From Chloroflexota bacterium (GTDB taxonomy: Bacteria > Chloroflexota > Anaerolineae > J102): a stretch of DNA of 59,593 nucleotides. The stretch lies in contig JAADGC010000132.1 of the NCBI GenBank assembly GCA_013152585.1, forward strand, positions 1 to 59,593, given 5' to 3'. How positions within the stretch are numbered: position 1 is the stretch's first letter; every line of letters begins with the position of its first letter. A model generated the notes under the pieces. The model had not been told where the DNA came from. It ran no database searches and saw only the letters and a list, made by a program, of their open reading frames with translations. This document shows positions 43,140-52,940 of the stretch, piece by piece. The position numbers and the translations under genes are program-made.

Positions 43140-44468
43140 ATGCTCTTCCCCATCTACGACCTCCCCAGCGCCCGCGACGGCATCCTCAAACGTCGCTCGT
43201 GGGCCGAAACCAACTATCCCCCCAGCCTCCTGCAGGGCATCGAACGCACCTTTGGCGTGGCCCTCAGCCCCGAACAGGCCGTGGCCCGCATCCTGGAAGA
43301 CGTGCGCCAGCGGGGCGACGAGGCCCTTTATCACTGGTCCCACCGCCTGGACGGCGCCACCTCACGCAACTTTCTGGCCAGCAAGGCAGAACGCCAGGCC
43401 GCGCTGGCACAGTTGGAGCCAGAGCTGCGCGCGGCTTTAGAACTGGCGGCCGAGCGCATCGCCGCCTTCCATCGCCGCCAGCCCGCCCATTCCTGGCTGC
43501 ACATGGATGAACACGAAGGCAGCCTGGGCCAGCTCGTGCGGCCGCTGGCAGCCGTCGGCGTGTACGTTCCCGGCGGCACCGCACCGCTGCCCTCCTCCTT
43601 GCTCATGGCCGCGGTGATTGCCCGCGTGGCCGGTGTGGAAACCGTCATCGCCTGCACGCCGCCGCACCGCCAAACCGGCCGCATCCCTGATAGCATCCTG
43701 GCGGCGGCCGAAATCGCCCACATCGACGGACTGTTTGCTCTGGGCGGGGCGCAGGCCATCGCCGCCATGGCCTTTGGCAGCGAGGCAGTTCCTGCCGTAG
43801 ACAAAATTGTGGGACCGGGGGGCCTGTTCGTCACATTGGCCAAACGCCAGGTCTTCGGCACCGTGGGTATCGACGGCCTGCCCGGCCCCACCGAGACCGT
43901 AGTCATCGCCGATGCCAGCGCTGACCCGGCCAAAGTCGCCGCCGATCTTTTGGCCCAGGCCGAACACGACATCCTGGCCACGGCCATCTTGCTCACCCCC
44001 AGCCGCAAACTGGCCACCACCGTGCAGATCCTCATTGCTCAGCGGGTAGAAACACTCAGCCGCGCCGACATACTCGCCGTCTCTCTGCCCACCCGCAGCG
44101 GCGCTGTGATCACCCCCGACCTGGCCACGGCCATGGCCGCGGCCAACGCGTTTGCCCCCGAGCATCTCTGCCTCTCCGTGGCCGATCCCTGGGCCTGGGT
44201 GCCCAAAGTGCGCAATGCCGGCGGCATTTTCGTGGGCGAAACCAGCTTCGAAGTTCTGGGCGACTACGTGGCCGGGCCCTCGCACATCATGCCCACCGCC
44301 GGCACTGCCCGCTTCGCCTCACCTTTGAATGTCGAAGATTTTATCAAACGTATCAGCCTCATTGGCCTTAGCCCCGCCACCAGCGCCCGGCTCAGCGCCC
44401 AGGCCGTGCGCATTGCCACCGCCGAAGGCCTGGATGCCCATGCGGCGGCGGCGCGGGAAAGGATGTAA
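43140..44468 (+). CDS. hisD: Histidinol dehydrogenase
   Basis: GPGGLFVTLAKRQVFG, AQAEHD, FAPEHL, GDYVAGPSHIMPT. Confidence 0.95.
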   Translation: MLFPIYDLPSARDGILKRRSWAETNYPPSLLQGIERTFGVALSPEQAVARILEDVRQRGDEALYHWSHRLDGATSRNFLASKAERQAALAQLEPELRAALELAAERIAAFHRRQPAHSWLHMDEHEGSLGQLVRPLAAVGVYVPGGTAPLPSSLLMAAVIARVAGVETVIACTPPHRQTGRIPDSILAAAEIAHIDGLFALGGAQAIAAMAFGSEAVPAVDKIVGPGGLFVTLAKRQVFGTVGIDGLPGPTETVVIADASADPAKVAADLLAQAEHDILATAILLTPSRKLATTVQILIAQRVETLSRADILAVSLPTRSGAVITPDLATAMAAANAFAPEHLCLSVADPWAWVPKVRNAGGIFVGETSFEVLGDYVAGPSHIMPTAGTARFASPLNVEDFIKRISLIGLSPATSARLSAQAVRIATAEGLDAHAAAARERM

Positions 44469-44470
44469 TC

Positions 44471-45589
44471 ATGCCCCAGCACTCTCCTTCACCCCGCCCC
44501 GATATTTCGCAAATGGAAACATACGTCGCGGTCAAGCCCTTTGAGGTCATGAGCGAGGAACTCGGTCGGGACCCCGCTGACATCATCAAACTGGACGCCA
44601 ACGAAAATCCCTACGGCCCCTCGCCGCGGGTGCAGGAAGCCCTGAGCGCTTATCCCTGGCTGCACATCTATCCCGACCCGCAGCAGGAGCAATTGCGCGT
44701 AGCCCTGGCCGACTACGTGGGCGTGTCCATGGAGAATATCTTCCCCGGCCACGGGGCAGATGAGATCATCGACCTGCTGTGCCGCGTGTTCCTGCAACCC
44801 GGCGACAGCATCATCACCTGTCCGCCCACCTTTGGCATGTACAGCTTCGATGCCAAACTCAGCGGTGCCCGGGTGATCGAAGTTTGGCGGGATGAGGACT
44901 TTGGCCTGGATGTGGAGGGCATCGAGCGGGCTGTGGCCGTGGCCGAGACCCCTCCCAAGATACTCTTCCTCACTTCGCCCAATAACCCCGACGGCGGCCT
45001 CGTCTCTCACGCTACCCTGCGTCGCCTGTTGCAATTGCCCCTGCTGGTGGTCGTCGACGAGGCCTACATCGAATTTGCCGAAGGCGAGGGCTCGGTAGCA
45101 GGCTGGGTGCCGGAAACGCCCAATTTGGCCGTGTTGCGCACCTTTTCCAAATGGGCGGGACTGGCGGGCCTGCGTCTGGGCTACGGCATCTTCCCCCTGG
45201 CCTTGATGGCACATCTGTGGAAGTGCAAACAGCCTTACAACGTCAACGTCGCCGCCGCCGTGGCGGGCCTGGCCAGCCTGGATGACCTGCCGTTGTTGCA
45301 GGCACGCGTGTCAACATTGAAGGTCGAGCGGGATCGGATGTATACTGCTTTACAGCAGATCCCCGCACTCCATCCTCTGCCCGGTCAGGGCAACTTCATC
45401 CTTTGCCGGGTGGAGGGCCGACCTGCGGCCGAACTCCAGCGTCAACTGGCTGCGCAAGGGATTCTTGTGCGCCATTACGACAAAGCCGGTCTACGCAATT
45501 ATCTGCGCATCAGCGCCGGTCGCCCGCAAGATAGCGAACGGCTGCTGGCGGCACTAAGCCGGTGCACCGAACTTTCCACTTCATCATAA
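44471..45589 (+). CDS. hisC: Histidinol-phosphate aminotransferase
   Basis: LDANENPYGPSP, VVVDEAYIEF, PLP-lysine context LRTFSKWAGLAGLRLGY. Confidence 0.9.
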   Translation: MPQHSPSPRPDISQMETYVAVKPFEVMSEELGRDPADIIKLDANENPYGPSPRVQEALSAYPWLHIYPDPQQEQLRVALADYVGVSMENIFPGHGADEIIDLLCRVFLQPGDSIITCPPTFGMYSFDAKLSGARVIEVWRDEDFGLDVEGIERAVAVAETPPKILFLTSPNNPDGGLVSHATLRRLLQLPLLVVVDEAYIEFAEGEGSVAGWVPETPNLAVLRTFSKWAGLAGLRLGYGIFPLALMAHLWKCKQPYNVNVAAAVAGLASLDDLPLLQARVSTLKVERDRMYTALQQIPALHPLPGQGNFILCRVEGRPAAELQRQLAAQGILVRHYDKAGLRNYLRISAGRPQDSERLLAALSRCTELSTSS

Positions 45590-45631
45590 TCACTCTCCAT
45601 CACACCCACTCCCACACGAAGACATATCCAA

Positions 45632-46672
45632 ATGGCTCACTATCTCATTACCGGAGGCTCTGGTTTCCTCGGCATCAATCTTGTTCGCACCTTGCTTGCC
45701 AGGGGCCAAAGCGTTACAACTCTCGATCTTACCCCCTTTGATTACGAGGATGTGCAGGACCAGGTCACGGCAATCACTGGCGATATCCGTGATACCGCCG
45801 CGGTTGCCACAGCCCTTGAGGGCATCGACATCGTCGTGCACACGGCGGCGGCCCTGCCCCTGTACAAGCCTGAAGACATCTATTCCACTGATATCGATGG
45901 TACGCGCAATGTGCTCGAGCAATCTCATCGCAAAGGCGTAGAGCGCTTCATCCACATCTCCTCGACCGCGGTATACGGCATCCCCGACCACCATCCCCTC
46001 GTCGAAACCGACAAACTGGAAGGGGTAGGTCCTTATGGCGAATCCAAAGTGAAGGCCGAAGCTATGTGCCAGGAATACCGGGACAAAGGCCTGTGTATCT
46101 CCATCATTCGTCCCAAATCCTTCATCGGTCCCGAACGTCTGGGCGTCTTCGCCTTGTTTTATGACTGGGCCAAAGATGGAAAGAACTTCCCCGTTTTGGG
46201 CCGGGGCGACAACCTGTATCAGTATCTTGACGTCGAAGATCTGTGCGATGCGATCTGGCTGTGTGCCACGTTACCCAGCGAAAAGACCAATGATACCTTC
46301 AATATCGGCGCCAAAGAATACGGCACCTCGCGTGAGGATTTTCAGGCCGTTTTGGACTACGCCGGCTTTGGCAAGCGCATCATTTCCATCCCCGAAGGCC
46401 CTGCCATCTTCATCCTGCGTTTTCTGGAAAAACTGGGAATTTCGCCGCTTTACAAATGGGTTTACGAGACGGCCGGAAAGGAATCTTTTGTCTCCATCGA
46501 AAAAGCAGAACAGGTGCTGGGATTCCGGCCAAAGTACTCGAACAAAGAGGCGCTCATTCGCAACTACCAGTGGTATCTGGAAAACCTCGATAGTTTCAGC
46601 CATGCTTCTGGCGTCACCCATCGCGTCCCCTGGCAACAGGGCGCTCTGAAATGGGCCAAGATGTTCTTCTGA
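45632..46672 (+). CDS. NAD-dependent epimerase/dehydratase (extended SDR)
   Basis: [18 protein letters not shown]-x3-K in [10 protein letters not shown]. Not a histidine-pathway enzyme. Confidence 0.85.
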   Translation: MAHYLITGGSGFLGINLVRTLLARGQSVTTLDLTPFDYEDVQDQVTAITGDIRDTAAVATALEGIDIVVHTAAALPLYKPEDIYSTDIDGTRNVLEQSHRKGVERFIHISSTAVYGIPDHHPLVETDKLEGVGPYGESKVKAEAMCQEYRDKGLCISIIRPKSFIGPERLGVFALFYDWAKDGKNFPVLGRGDNLYQYLDVEDLCDAIWLCATLPSEKTNDTFNIGAKEYGTSREDFQAVLDYAGFGKRIISIPEGPAIFILRFLEKLGISPLYKWVYETAGKESFVSIEKAEQVLGFRPKYSNKEALIRNYQWYLENLDSFSHASGVTHRVPWQQGALKWAKMFF

Positions 46673-46696
46673 GCCCCAGGACTCCGACAAATCATT

Positions 46697-47287
46697 ATGC
46701 CCCCCGTGATCATCAATCGCACTACCAAGGAAACAGAGATCAGCCTGACGCTGGACTTGAACGGCTCGGGTCAGGCCCAGATCGATACCGGCATCGGCTT
46801 CTTCGACCACATGTTGACGCTGTTCGCCCATCATGGCCTCTGCGACCTCGCGGTCAGCGCCCGTGGCGACCTGCATGTCGATGAACATCACACGGTCGAA
46901 GATGTGGGCATTTGTTTGGGACAGGCCATCAGCCGGGGGCTGGGTGAGCGCGCGGGCATTGTGCGCACGGCGCACAGCACCGTGCCCATGGATGAAAGCC
47001 TGGCCTTCGTGGCCATCGACCTCGGCGGTCGCCCCTATTGCGTGTTCCAGGCCGACTGGCACACCCCGCGCATTGGCGCCCTGGGCACCGATCTCATCGG
47101 CCATTTCTTCGAGACCGTGGCCACCCACGCGGCCATGAACCTACATGCCCGCGTGCTCTACGGCCGTAACGACCATCACCAATGTGAAGCCCTGTTCAAA
47201 GCCTTTGCCCGGGCATTAGACGGGGCAACCCGCGTCGATCCCCGTCGTCAGGGCGTCCCCTCCACCAAAGGCACGCTGACGGCATAG
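46697..47287 (+). CDS. hisB: Imidazoleglycerol-phosphate dehydratase
   Basis: [42 protein letters not shown]. Monofunctional length. Confidence 0.95.
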   Translation: MPPVIINRTTKETEISLTLDLNGSGQAQIDTGIGFFDHMLTLFAHHGLCDLAVSARGDLHVDEHHTVEDVGICLGQAISRGLGERAGIVRTAHSTVPMDESLAFVAIDLGGRPYCVFQADWHTPRIGALGTDLIGHFFETVATHAAMNLHARVLYGRNDHHQCEALFKAFARALDGATRVDPRRQGVPSTKGTLTA

Positions 47288-47479
47288 GGGCTTGCACCAT
47301 CGCAACCGGCGCGGTCTCCCGGCCACCTTGTTTTTCTTGTCACCTACGGCGAAGATGGCGGCACCGGCTATGTAGCACACCTTATTAAAATTGTAGTCAC
47401 CTGTGAGAAGAAGTCCTTTGCCATTTACCTTGCCCGGAATCACATTTGATGCCTCATTGTTATCAGGTCAACTATTCTT

Positions 47480-48106
47480 ATGCTCACCATTCTCGACTAC
47501 AAAATCGGCAACGTGCGCAGCGTGCAAAAAGCTGTGGAACGCGCTATCAGCAATGCCAACAGCGACCAGCAGGTGCAATTGACCGCCGACGCCGACCAGA
47601 TTCTGGCAGCCGATGGCGTCATCCTGCCGGGCGTGGGCGCGTTTGGCGCCTGTATCAGCAACCTCACCACCGCCGGTCTGGCCCCGGTCGTCCACGAAGT
47701 TGTGCGGGCGCAAATTCCCCTCTTGGGCATCTGCGTGGGCATGCAAATGCTGTTCGAGGGCAGTGAGGAGATGGGGAACTGGCAAGGGCTGGGGCTTTTG
47801 CCGGGCACTGTACGCAAGTTCCAGCCTCCCCTGCGCGTGCCCCAAATCGGCTGGAACCAGCTCCATCAGCAACGGCCCGATCCCTTATTTGCCGGAATCC
47901 CCGATGACGCCTACGCCTATTTCGTGCATTCCTACTACTGCGACCCGGCTGATCCCGCCGACGTACTCACCACCACCGACTACGGCATCGAATACGCATC
48001 AACCGTGCATCGGCATAATATCTGGGGTGTGCAATTTCACCCGGAGAAAAGCCAGATGGTGGGGATTCGTATCTTGCAAAATTTCATCGACATCACACAA
48101 CACTGA
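47480..48106 (+). CDS. hisH: Imidazole glycerol phosphate synthase, glutaminase subunit
   Basis: ILDYKIGNVRSV, LPGVGAFG, nucleophile context LLGICVGMQML, VQFHPEKS. Confidence 0.9.
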   Translation: MLTILDYKIGNVRSVQKAVERAISNANSDQQVQLTADADQILAADGVILPGVGAFGACISNLTTAGLAPVVHEVVRAQIPLLGICVGMQMLFEGSEEMGNWQGLGLLPGTVRKFQPPLRVPQIGWNQLHQQRPDPLFAGIPDDAYAYFVHSYYCDPADPADVLTTTDYGIEYASTVHRHNIWGVQFHPEKSQMVGIRILQNFIDITQH

Positions 48107-48116
48107 GTGAAAATCC

Positions 48117-48686
48117 ATGCTCCATTCCCTAAAACTTTCCCCTTCTCGTAGCCTTTTGCAGACGGGATTGATTGTGGGCTTCGCCTTGTTCACAGGCTTA
48201 GCCGCACAGATACGCCTGCCCCTGGCCTTCACGCCGGTGCCCGTGACCTTGCAGGTGCTGGCTGTGATTTTGACAGGCTTGCTCCTGAGTCCCAAAGACA
48301 GCTTTCTCAGTCAATTGAGTTATCTGGCTTTGGTTGCGGGAGGAGCACCGCTGGCAGCCGGAGGTGTGGGCGGCCCGGCGCTGTTCATCGGCCCCACTGC
48401 CGGTTACCTGTTGAGTTTTCCTTTAGCAGCAGCGTTCATTGCCCTGCTGGCAGGTGCCGATGCCAGACCCCTTCGCCGATTTTTTGCCGGCGTTGCCGGG
48501 ATTCCGATCATTTATCTGGCCGGGATTGGCTGGTTGGCCCTGAGCCTGCACTTAGACGCAACCCAAGCCTGGCGACTGGGTGGTGCTCCTTTTCTTGTAG
48601 TTGATCTGGTAAAAGCTTTGCTCGCCGCCACCGTCGCTGAAAGTGGCCGTCGCCTCTTGCGAATGTGGTCGGCACCTTCTCTCTAA
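48117..48686 (+). CDS. bioY: BioY-family biotin transporter S-component
   Basis: [36 protein letters not shown]; six hydrophobic helices. Confidence 0.75.
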   Translation: MLHSLKLSPSRSLLQTGLIVGFALFTGLAAQIRLPLAFTPVPVTLQVLAVILTGLLLSPKDSFLSQLSYLALVAGGAPLAAGGVGGPALFIGPTAGYLLSFPLAAAFIALLAGADARPLRRFFAGVAGIPIIYLAGIGWLALSLHLDATQAWRLGGAPFLVVDLVKALLAATVAESGRRLLRMWSAPSL

Positions 48687-48708
48687 GATCTCAAACTCAT
48701 TCCCCACC

Positions 48709-49494
48709 ATGATTCTCTTCCCCGCCATCGATCTCCGCCAAGGCCGCTGCGTGCGTTTGCGCCAGGGCGACCCCAACTCCGAAACCGTGTACGGCGATGA
48801 CCCCGCCGCCATGGCCCGCCATTGGCAAGAACTGGGCGCCCAGTGGTTACACGTGGTCAACCTGGATGGCGCTTTCGGCGAAGCTGTGGGGGGCACGTGG
48901 ACGCCCGGGGGCGGACCCCCGCCCGAGCAAGGTGCCCTGCTCCCCACCAATCTCCAACGCCTGGCCCAAATTCGTCAGGCCGTGTCCATACCCATCCAGT
49001 TTGGCGGCGGCCTGCGCACTTTGGATGATGCGGCGCTGGCCCTGAGCCTGGGCGCCACGCGCGTGGTGTTGGGCACCGTGGCGGTGCAGCAACCCGAGCT
49101 GGTACGCGAAGCCATCGCCCGTTTCGGCGCCGAACGTATTGTCGTGGGCATCGACGCCCGCGACGGCTACGTGGCCACCCACGGCTGGCAAGAGACCAGC
49201 ACCATGGAAGCAGTGACGTTGGCCATCGCCATGAAGGACGCCGGGGTGCAGCGCCTGGTCTACACCGACATCAGCCGCGATGGCATGTTGCAGGGCGTCA
49301 ACGTGGCGGCGACAGCCGAGCTCGCCCGGCAGAGCAGTATGTACGTGATCGCCTCGGGCGGGGTGCATACTGTCGCCGACATTCGGGCACTGCGGGCGGT
49401 GGCGGAGGATGGCGTAGAAGGCGTCATCATCGGGCAGGCGCTTTATCAGGGCACGCTCGATTTGCCCCAGGCCTTGCAGGCCGCTAAACTCTGA
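48709..49494 (+). CDS. hisA: ProFAR isomerase
   Basis: [17 protein letters not shown] (ATG 48709), [23 protein letters not shown]. Confidence 0.9.
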   Translation: MILFPAIDLRQGRCVRLRQGDPNSETVYGDDPAAMARHWQELGAQWLHVVNLDGAFGEAVGGTWTPGGGPPPEQGALLPTNLQRLAQIRQAVSIPIQFGGGLRTLDDAALALSLGATRVVLGTVAVQQPELVREAIARFGAERIVVGIDARDGYVATHGWQETSTMEAVTLAIAMKDAGVQRLVYTDISRDGMLQGVNVAATAELARQSSMYVIASGGVHTVADIRALRAVAEDGVEGVIIGQALYQGTLDLPQALQAAKL

Positions 49495-49549
49495 TCCCCG
49501 GCATCCTCTGCTGCCTGAATTTTTTCTTTCTCCCCCTTTTCTTACGCTT

Positions 49550-50326
49550 ATGTTAGCCAAACGAATCATTCCCTGTCTCGATGTCAAAGAAGGCCGTGTG
49601 GTCAAGGGCGTCAACTTCGTCGCTTTGCGAGATGCTGGCGATCCGGTGGCGCAGGCACAGCTTTACGATGCCGCCGGCGCCGACGAACTGGTCTTTCTCG
49701 ACATTACCGCTACGCACGAAAAGCGCGCTATCATGTTGGATGTGGTGCGCGCTGTGGCCGACAGCGTGTTCATCCCCTTTACCGTGGGCGGCGGACTGCG
49801 CACTGTGGAGGATATGAGCGCCATGTTGCAGGCCGGGGCCGACAAAGTCAGCATTAACTCGGCCGCGGTGCGCACTCCGCAGCTCATCACGCAAGGGGCG
49901 ACGTTATTTGGCAGCCAGTGCGTGGTGGTGGCCATCGATGCCCGGCGCCGGCCCGCCGGCGGCTGGGAAGTGGTGGTGCACGGGGGCCGTAAGCCCACCG
50001 GCTTGGAGGCCGTTGCCTGGGCCCGAGAAGTGGTGGAGCGTGGCGCCGGCGAGCTCCTGCTGACCAGCATGGATCGAGACGGCACCGCCGATGGCTATGA
50101 CATCGAGCTGTTGCAGGCAGTGACAGGTACGGTGCCCGTGCCGGTGATTGCCAGTGGTGGCGCCGGCACGCCCGAGCATTTCGCCGCAGCCCTGACCACC
50201 GGCGGAGCCGATGCCGCTTTGGCTGCCACCCTCTTTCATTTCAATCAGCTTTCTATTCCCGAGCTTAAACGCTACCTCCTGGCGCAGGGTATTCCCATTC
50301 GCCCGGTAGAGGTCGGCCATGCCTGA
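49550..50326 (+). CDS. hisF: Imidazole glycerol phosphate synthase, cyclase subunit
   Basis: [53 protein letters not shown]. Confidence 0.95.
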   Translation: MLAKRIIPCLDVKEGRVVKGVNFVALRDAGDPVAQAQLYDAAGADELVFLDITATHEKRAIMLDVVRAVADSVFIPFTVGGGLRTVEDMSAMLQAGADKVSINSAAVRTPQLITQGATLFGSQCVVVAIDARRRPAGGWEVVVHGGRKPTGLEAVAWAREVVERGAGELLLTSMDRDGTADGYDIELLQAVTGTVPVPVIASGGAGTPEHFAAALTTGGADAALAATLFHFNQLSIPELKRYLLAQGIPIRPVEVGHA

Positions 50327-50678
50327 TCATTCCTTGCCCTCTGTGGATTTGCAGGCCGTGCGCTTCGACGCCCGGGGCCTGATCCCGGCCATCGTACAAG
50401 ACGCCGACACCGGCGAAGTTCTTACACTGGCCTACATGAACCGACAATCCCTGGAACGGACCCTTTCTACCCGCCAGACGCATTTTTGGAGCCGCAGCCG
50501 CCAGGAACTCTGGCACAAAGGCGCCACCAGCGGCAACTATCAAGACGTGGTCGAGCTGCGGCTCGACTGCGACGGCGACGCCCTCGTTGTCTTGGTGCAT
50601 CCGCGCGGCCCCGCCTGCCACACCGGCGCCCGTAGCTGCTTCTTCCGCACCGTCATCGCCTCATCGACCAGCGACTAA
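50319..50678 (+). CDS. hisI: Phosphoribosyl-AMP cyclohydrolase (stand-alone)
   Basis: [48 protein letters not shown]. 8-nt overlap with hisF. Confidence 0.9.
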   Translation: MPDHSLPSVDLQAVRFDARGLIPAIVQDADTGEVLTLAYMNRQSLERTLSTRQTHFWSRSRQELWHKGATSGNYQDVVELRLDCDGDALVVLVHPRGPACHTGARSCFFRTVIASSTSD

Positions 50679-50713
50679 CGACCAAGGACTAACGACTAAG
50701 GACTAAGGACTAA
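50672..50713. repeat. Heptanucleotide tandem array (6 units, SGACYAA) filling the hisI-hisE spacer
   Basis: CGACTAA CGACCAA GGACTAA CGACTAA GGACTAA GGACTAA. The first unit contains the hisI stop, and the last A is the A of the hisE ATG. Confidence 0.85.
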
Positions 50714-50988
50714 TGACACCCATCGATCAACTTTGGGCCACGATTCAATCACGCAAGGACGAGATGCCCGAGGGCAGCTACACCGCTTTTCTTTTCGAGA
50801 AGGGCGAGAACGAAATTCTAAAAAAGATCGGCGAAGAAGCCATCGAGGTGATCATCGCCGCCAAAGGCGAGGGAGACGAGCGGGTGCTGTACGAATCCGC
50901 CGACCTGATTTATCATCTGCTGGTGCTGCTGGCCGCCCGCGGGCTGAGCTGGCAGCAAGTCGAGGCAGAATTGGCGCAGCGATTTTGA
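50713..50988 (+). CDS. hisE: Phosphoribosyl-ATP pyrophosphohydrolase (stand-alone)
   Basis: [43 protein letters not shown]. Confidence 0.9.
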   Translation: MTPIDQLWATIQSRKDEMPEGSYTAFLFEKGENEILKKIGEEAIEVIIAAKGEGDERVLYESADLIYHLLVLLAARGLSWQQVEAELAQRF

Positions 50989-51022
50989 TCCTGCCGCCGG
51001 GGAGTGCATGCCAGCAGTGTAC

Positions 51023-52927
51023 TTAACCCACGGCCTCCAGCTCCAGCAACAGGATACTGACAGCCGGGATGGTCGTTTCCGTTTCGGCCCTGGCTCCGTC
51101 ACTATGCAGCCAGGCGCCGGGGGGCAGGGTTGCTGGCTGCGGCCGGGCGCCGACATTGACCAGCACCAGCACGGTGTCGTGCTCAAACTGCCGCTGCACC
51201 ACCCACACGCCTGCCGCCGCTTCCAGGCGCAAGGTGGTCAGATCGCCGTAGACGGTGGCCGGGTGCCGGCGTCGCCAATGCACGAGCTGCTTGAAGGTGG
51301 CGAGTAAGTCGGTGTCTTGCCGGTCGCCCCAGCGCATGGGATGTCGGGATTCTTCGCGATGGGGAGCTTTGGGCCGGGGCTGTGAGAGCCCAACCTCGGT
51401 GCCGTAATAGAGGATGGGGGTGCTCCCCAGCGCCATCATCAGCCCGGCTGCCAGACGTAGCCGCTGTTTATCGCCGTGCAGAATGGACAGGATGCGGTTC
51501 ATGTCGTGATTTTCGAGAAAGGTGGGGCGAGTGAAGTCGGCGGGGAAGTAGCGCTGGCTGCGGATGATGCTGGTGGCAAAGTCCTGGATGCGGCCGGGAT
51601 CATCGCTGCTAAACAGGCGACGCATCTGACGCGTGAAGTTAAAATCGAGACAGCCGTCTAAACGACCCGCATACGTGCGCAGATCGGCGCTGCCCTGGGT
51701 CACTTCGCCCACCAGCCAGCAGTCGGGGTTGACCTGTTTGCAGGCAAGGCGGAATGCTGTCCAGAAATCGTGGCTGGGACCGGCGGCATAGTCCAGCCGG
51801 TAGCCGTCGATCTGAAATTCCCGCAGCCAGTATTGGGCGGCCTCGAGGATGTACGTCCTGGCGTGGGGATGATCGAGATTAAGCTGGGGCATGGTTGGCA
51901 CGTCGAAAAAACAGCGATAGCCGTGTTTGTAGGCGTCGGAAAAGCTGTACCAGTGGCGATAAGGGCTATCGGGATCGTGCAAGGCTTGCTGGAATGGGGC
52001 AAACTGGTCGCTGGTATGACTGGCGACGAAGTCGAGGAGGATGTGCAGGCTCCGGGCATGGGCGGCCTCGATCAGCTCCCGCAGATCATCCTTGCTGCCA
52101 AAATGCCGGGTGACTTCATGGTAGTCGACAACATCGTATCCGTGATAGGTGCGGGTTTCGAAAATGGGCGTGAGCCAGATGGCATCGACGCCCAAGTCGC
52201 TGAGATAGTCGAGGTGTTCCCGGATGCCTGACAAATTCCCACCACAAAACTGGCTCAGACGGGCGGGACGCAAATAGGTGGAGGGGACAGGGGCGAAGCG
52301 ATCGACGAATATCTCATAAACGACGGCTTCGTGTGCCCAGGCGGGCGTCGAGTAAGCATCGATGCTGTAGCCGTAGAGGCCGGGCTTTTCCCTGGTGCCA
52401 TCCAGATTCGCTTCCTGGCTCCATATGCTGAAATCCGGCTCGTGCTGGCGCCAGCCCTGGATGCGGTAACGTACGTGTGTGCCCGGCGCCTGGCCGGGTA
52501 TCTCGCCCTGCCAGATCTCGCCATAATCCCACTGCAGGGGCTGCCACGTGGTGGCCGTTGGCTGGCAGGAAATGGCGATTCCGTGCTCGGCCCGGCCGCG
52601 GTGCCCCCTGGGTTCGCTGCCGTCGTAGGTGACATAAGCGGTGATGTGGTCCACCAGGGTGCCGGGACCCAGGCTGACCGTGATGCGCACGGGCTGATTG
52701 GGCTGGGGACGTAGCGGAGAGATGTTGTGGTTGTGCCGGAGCCCGCACCAGCGGCGGCGCTCGCTGGCTGCGATGCTGTCATCGGCATCGAGGGCGCCAA
52801 ACACAAAATCTTGCATCAAAGCTGTGTTTTTTTCTTGTTTCGATGTCATTTGTCTTGGCAATCCGGTCTTTGCCGCAGGGGCGCCCCTCCCGACATGCGG
52901 GCATGCTTCAAAAGAGCCATTTCGCAT
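51023..52927 (-). CDS. GH13 alpha-amylase-family glycoside hydrolase (neopullulanase/cyclomaltodextrinase-like); start uncertain (52927, 52849 or 52816)
   Basis: GH13 regions: I DFVASH, II DGYRLDYAAG, III WLVGEV, IV FLENHDMNR. Also GVDAIWLTPIFE. Confidence 0.85.
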   Translation of the reverse strand: MRNGSFEACPHVGRGAPAAKTGLPRQMTSKQEKNTALMQDFVFGALDADDSIAASERRRWCGLRHNHNISPLRPQPNQPVRITVSLGPGTLVDHITAYVTYDGSEPRGHRGRAEHGIAISCQPTATTWQPLQWDYGEIWQGEIPGQAPGTHVRYRIQGWRQHEPDFSIWSQEANLDGTREKPGLYGYSIDAYSTPAWAHEAVVYEIFVDRFAPVPSTYLRPARLSQFCGGNLSGIREHLDYLSDLGVDAIWLTPIFETRTYHGYDVVDYHEVTRHFGSKDDLRELIEAAHARSLHILLDFVASHTSDQFAPFQQALHDPDSPYRHWYSFSDAYKHGYRCFFDVPTMPQLNLDHPHARTYILEAAQYWLREFQIDGYRLDYAAGPSHDFWTAFRLACKQVNPDCWLVGEVTQGSADLRTYAGRLDGCLDFNFTRQMRRLFSSDDPGRIQDFATSIIRSQRYFPADFTRPTFLENHDMNRILSILHGDKQRLRLAAGLMMALGSTPILYYGTEVGLSQPRPKAPHREESRHPMRWGDRQDTDLLATFKQLVHWRRRHPATVYGDLTTLRLEAAAGVWVVQRQFEHDTVLVLVNVGARPQPATLPPGAWLHSDGARAETETTIPAVSILLLELEAVG

Positions 52928-52940
52928 CGTGACACGAGTA

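Noticed and set aside
42393-43440. 224-aa minus-strand ORF and 276-aa alternative + frame ORF over hisG/hisD
   Set aside because: The hisG and hisD frames carry family motifs, whereas these alternatives are Pro/Ala/Ser/Arg-rich frame artefacts. The same applies to 39079-39693 within hisZ.
43331-44285. Two long minus-strand ORFs (234 and 282 aa) inside hisD
   Set aside because: hisD on the + strand has unambiguous histidinol dehydrogenase motifs. The antisense frames are Ala/Gly/Arg-rich shadows.
44489-47128. Minus-strand ORFs 44489-45214, 45590-45994 and 46271-47128
   Set aside because: These are antisense to hisC, the epimerase gene and hisB respectively, with biased composition and no motifs.
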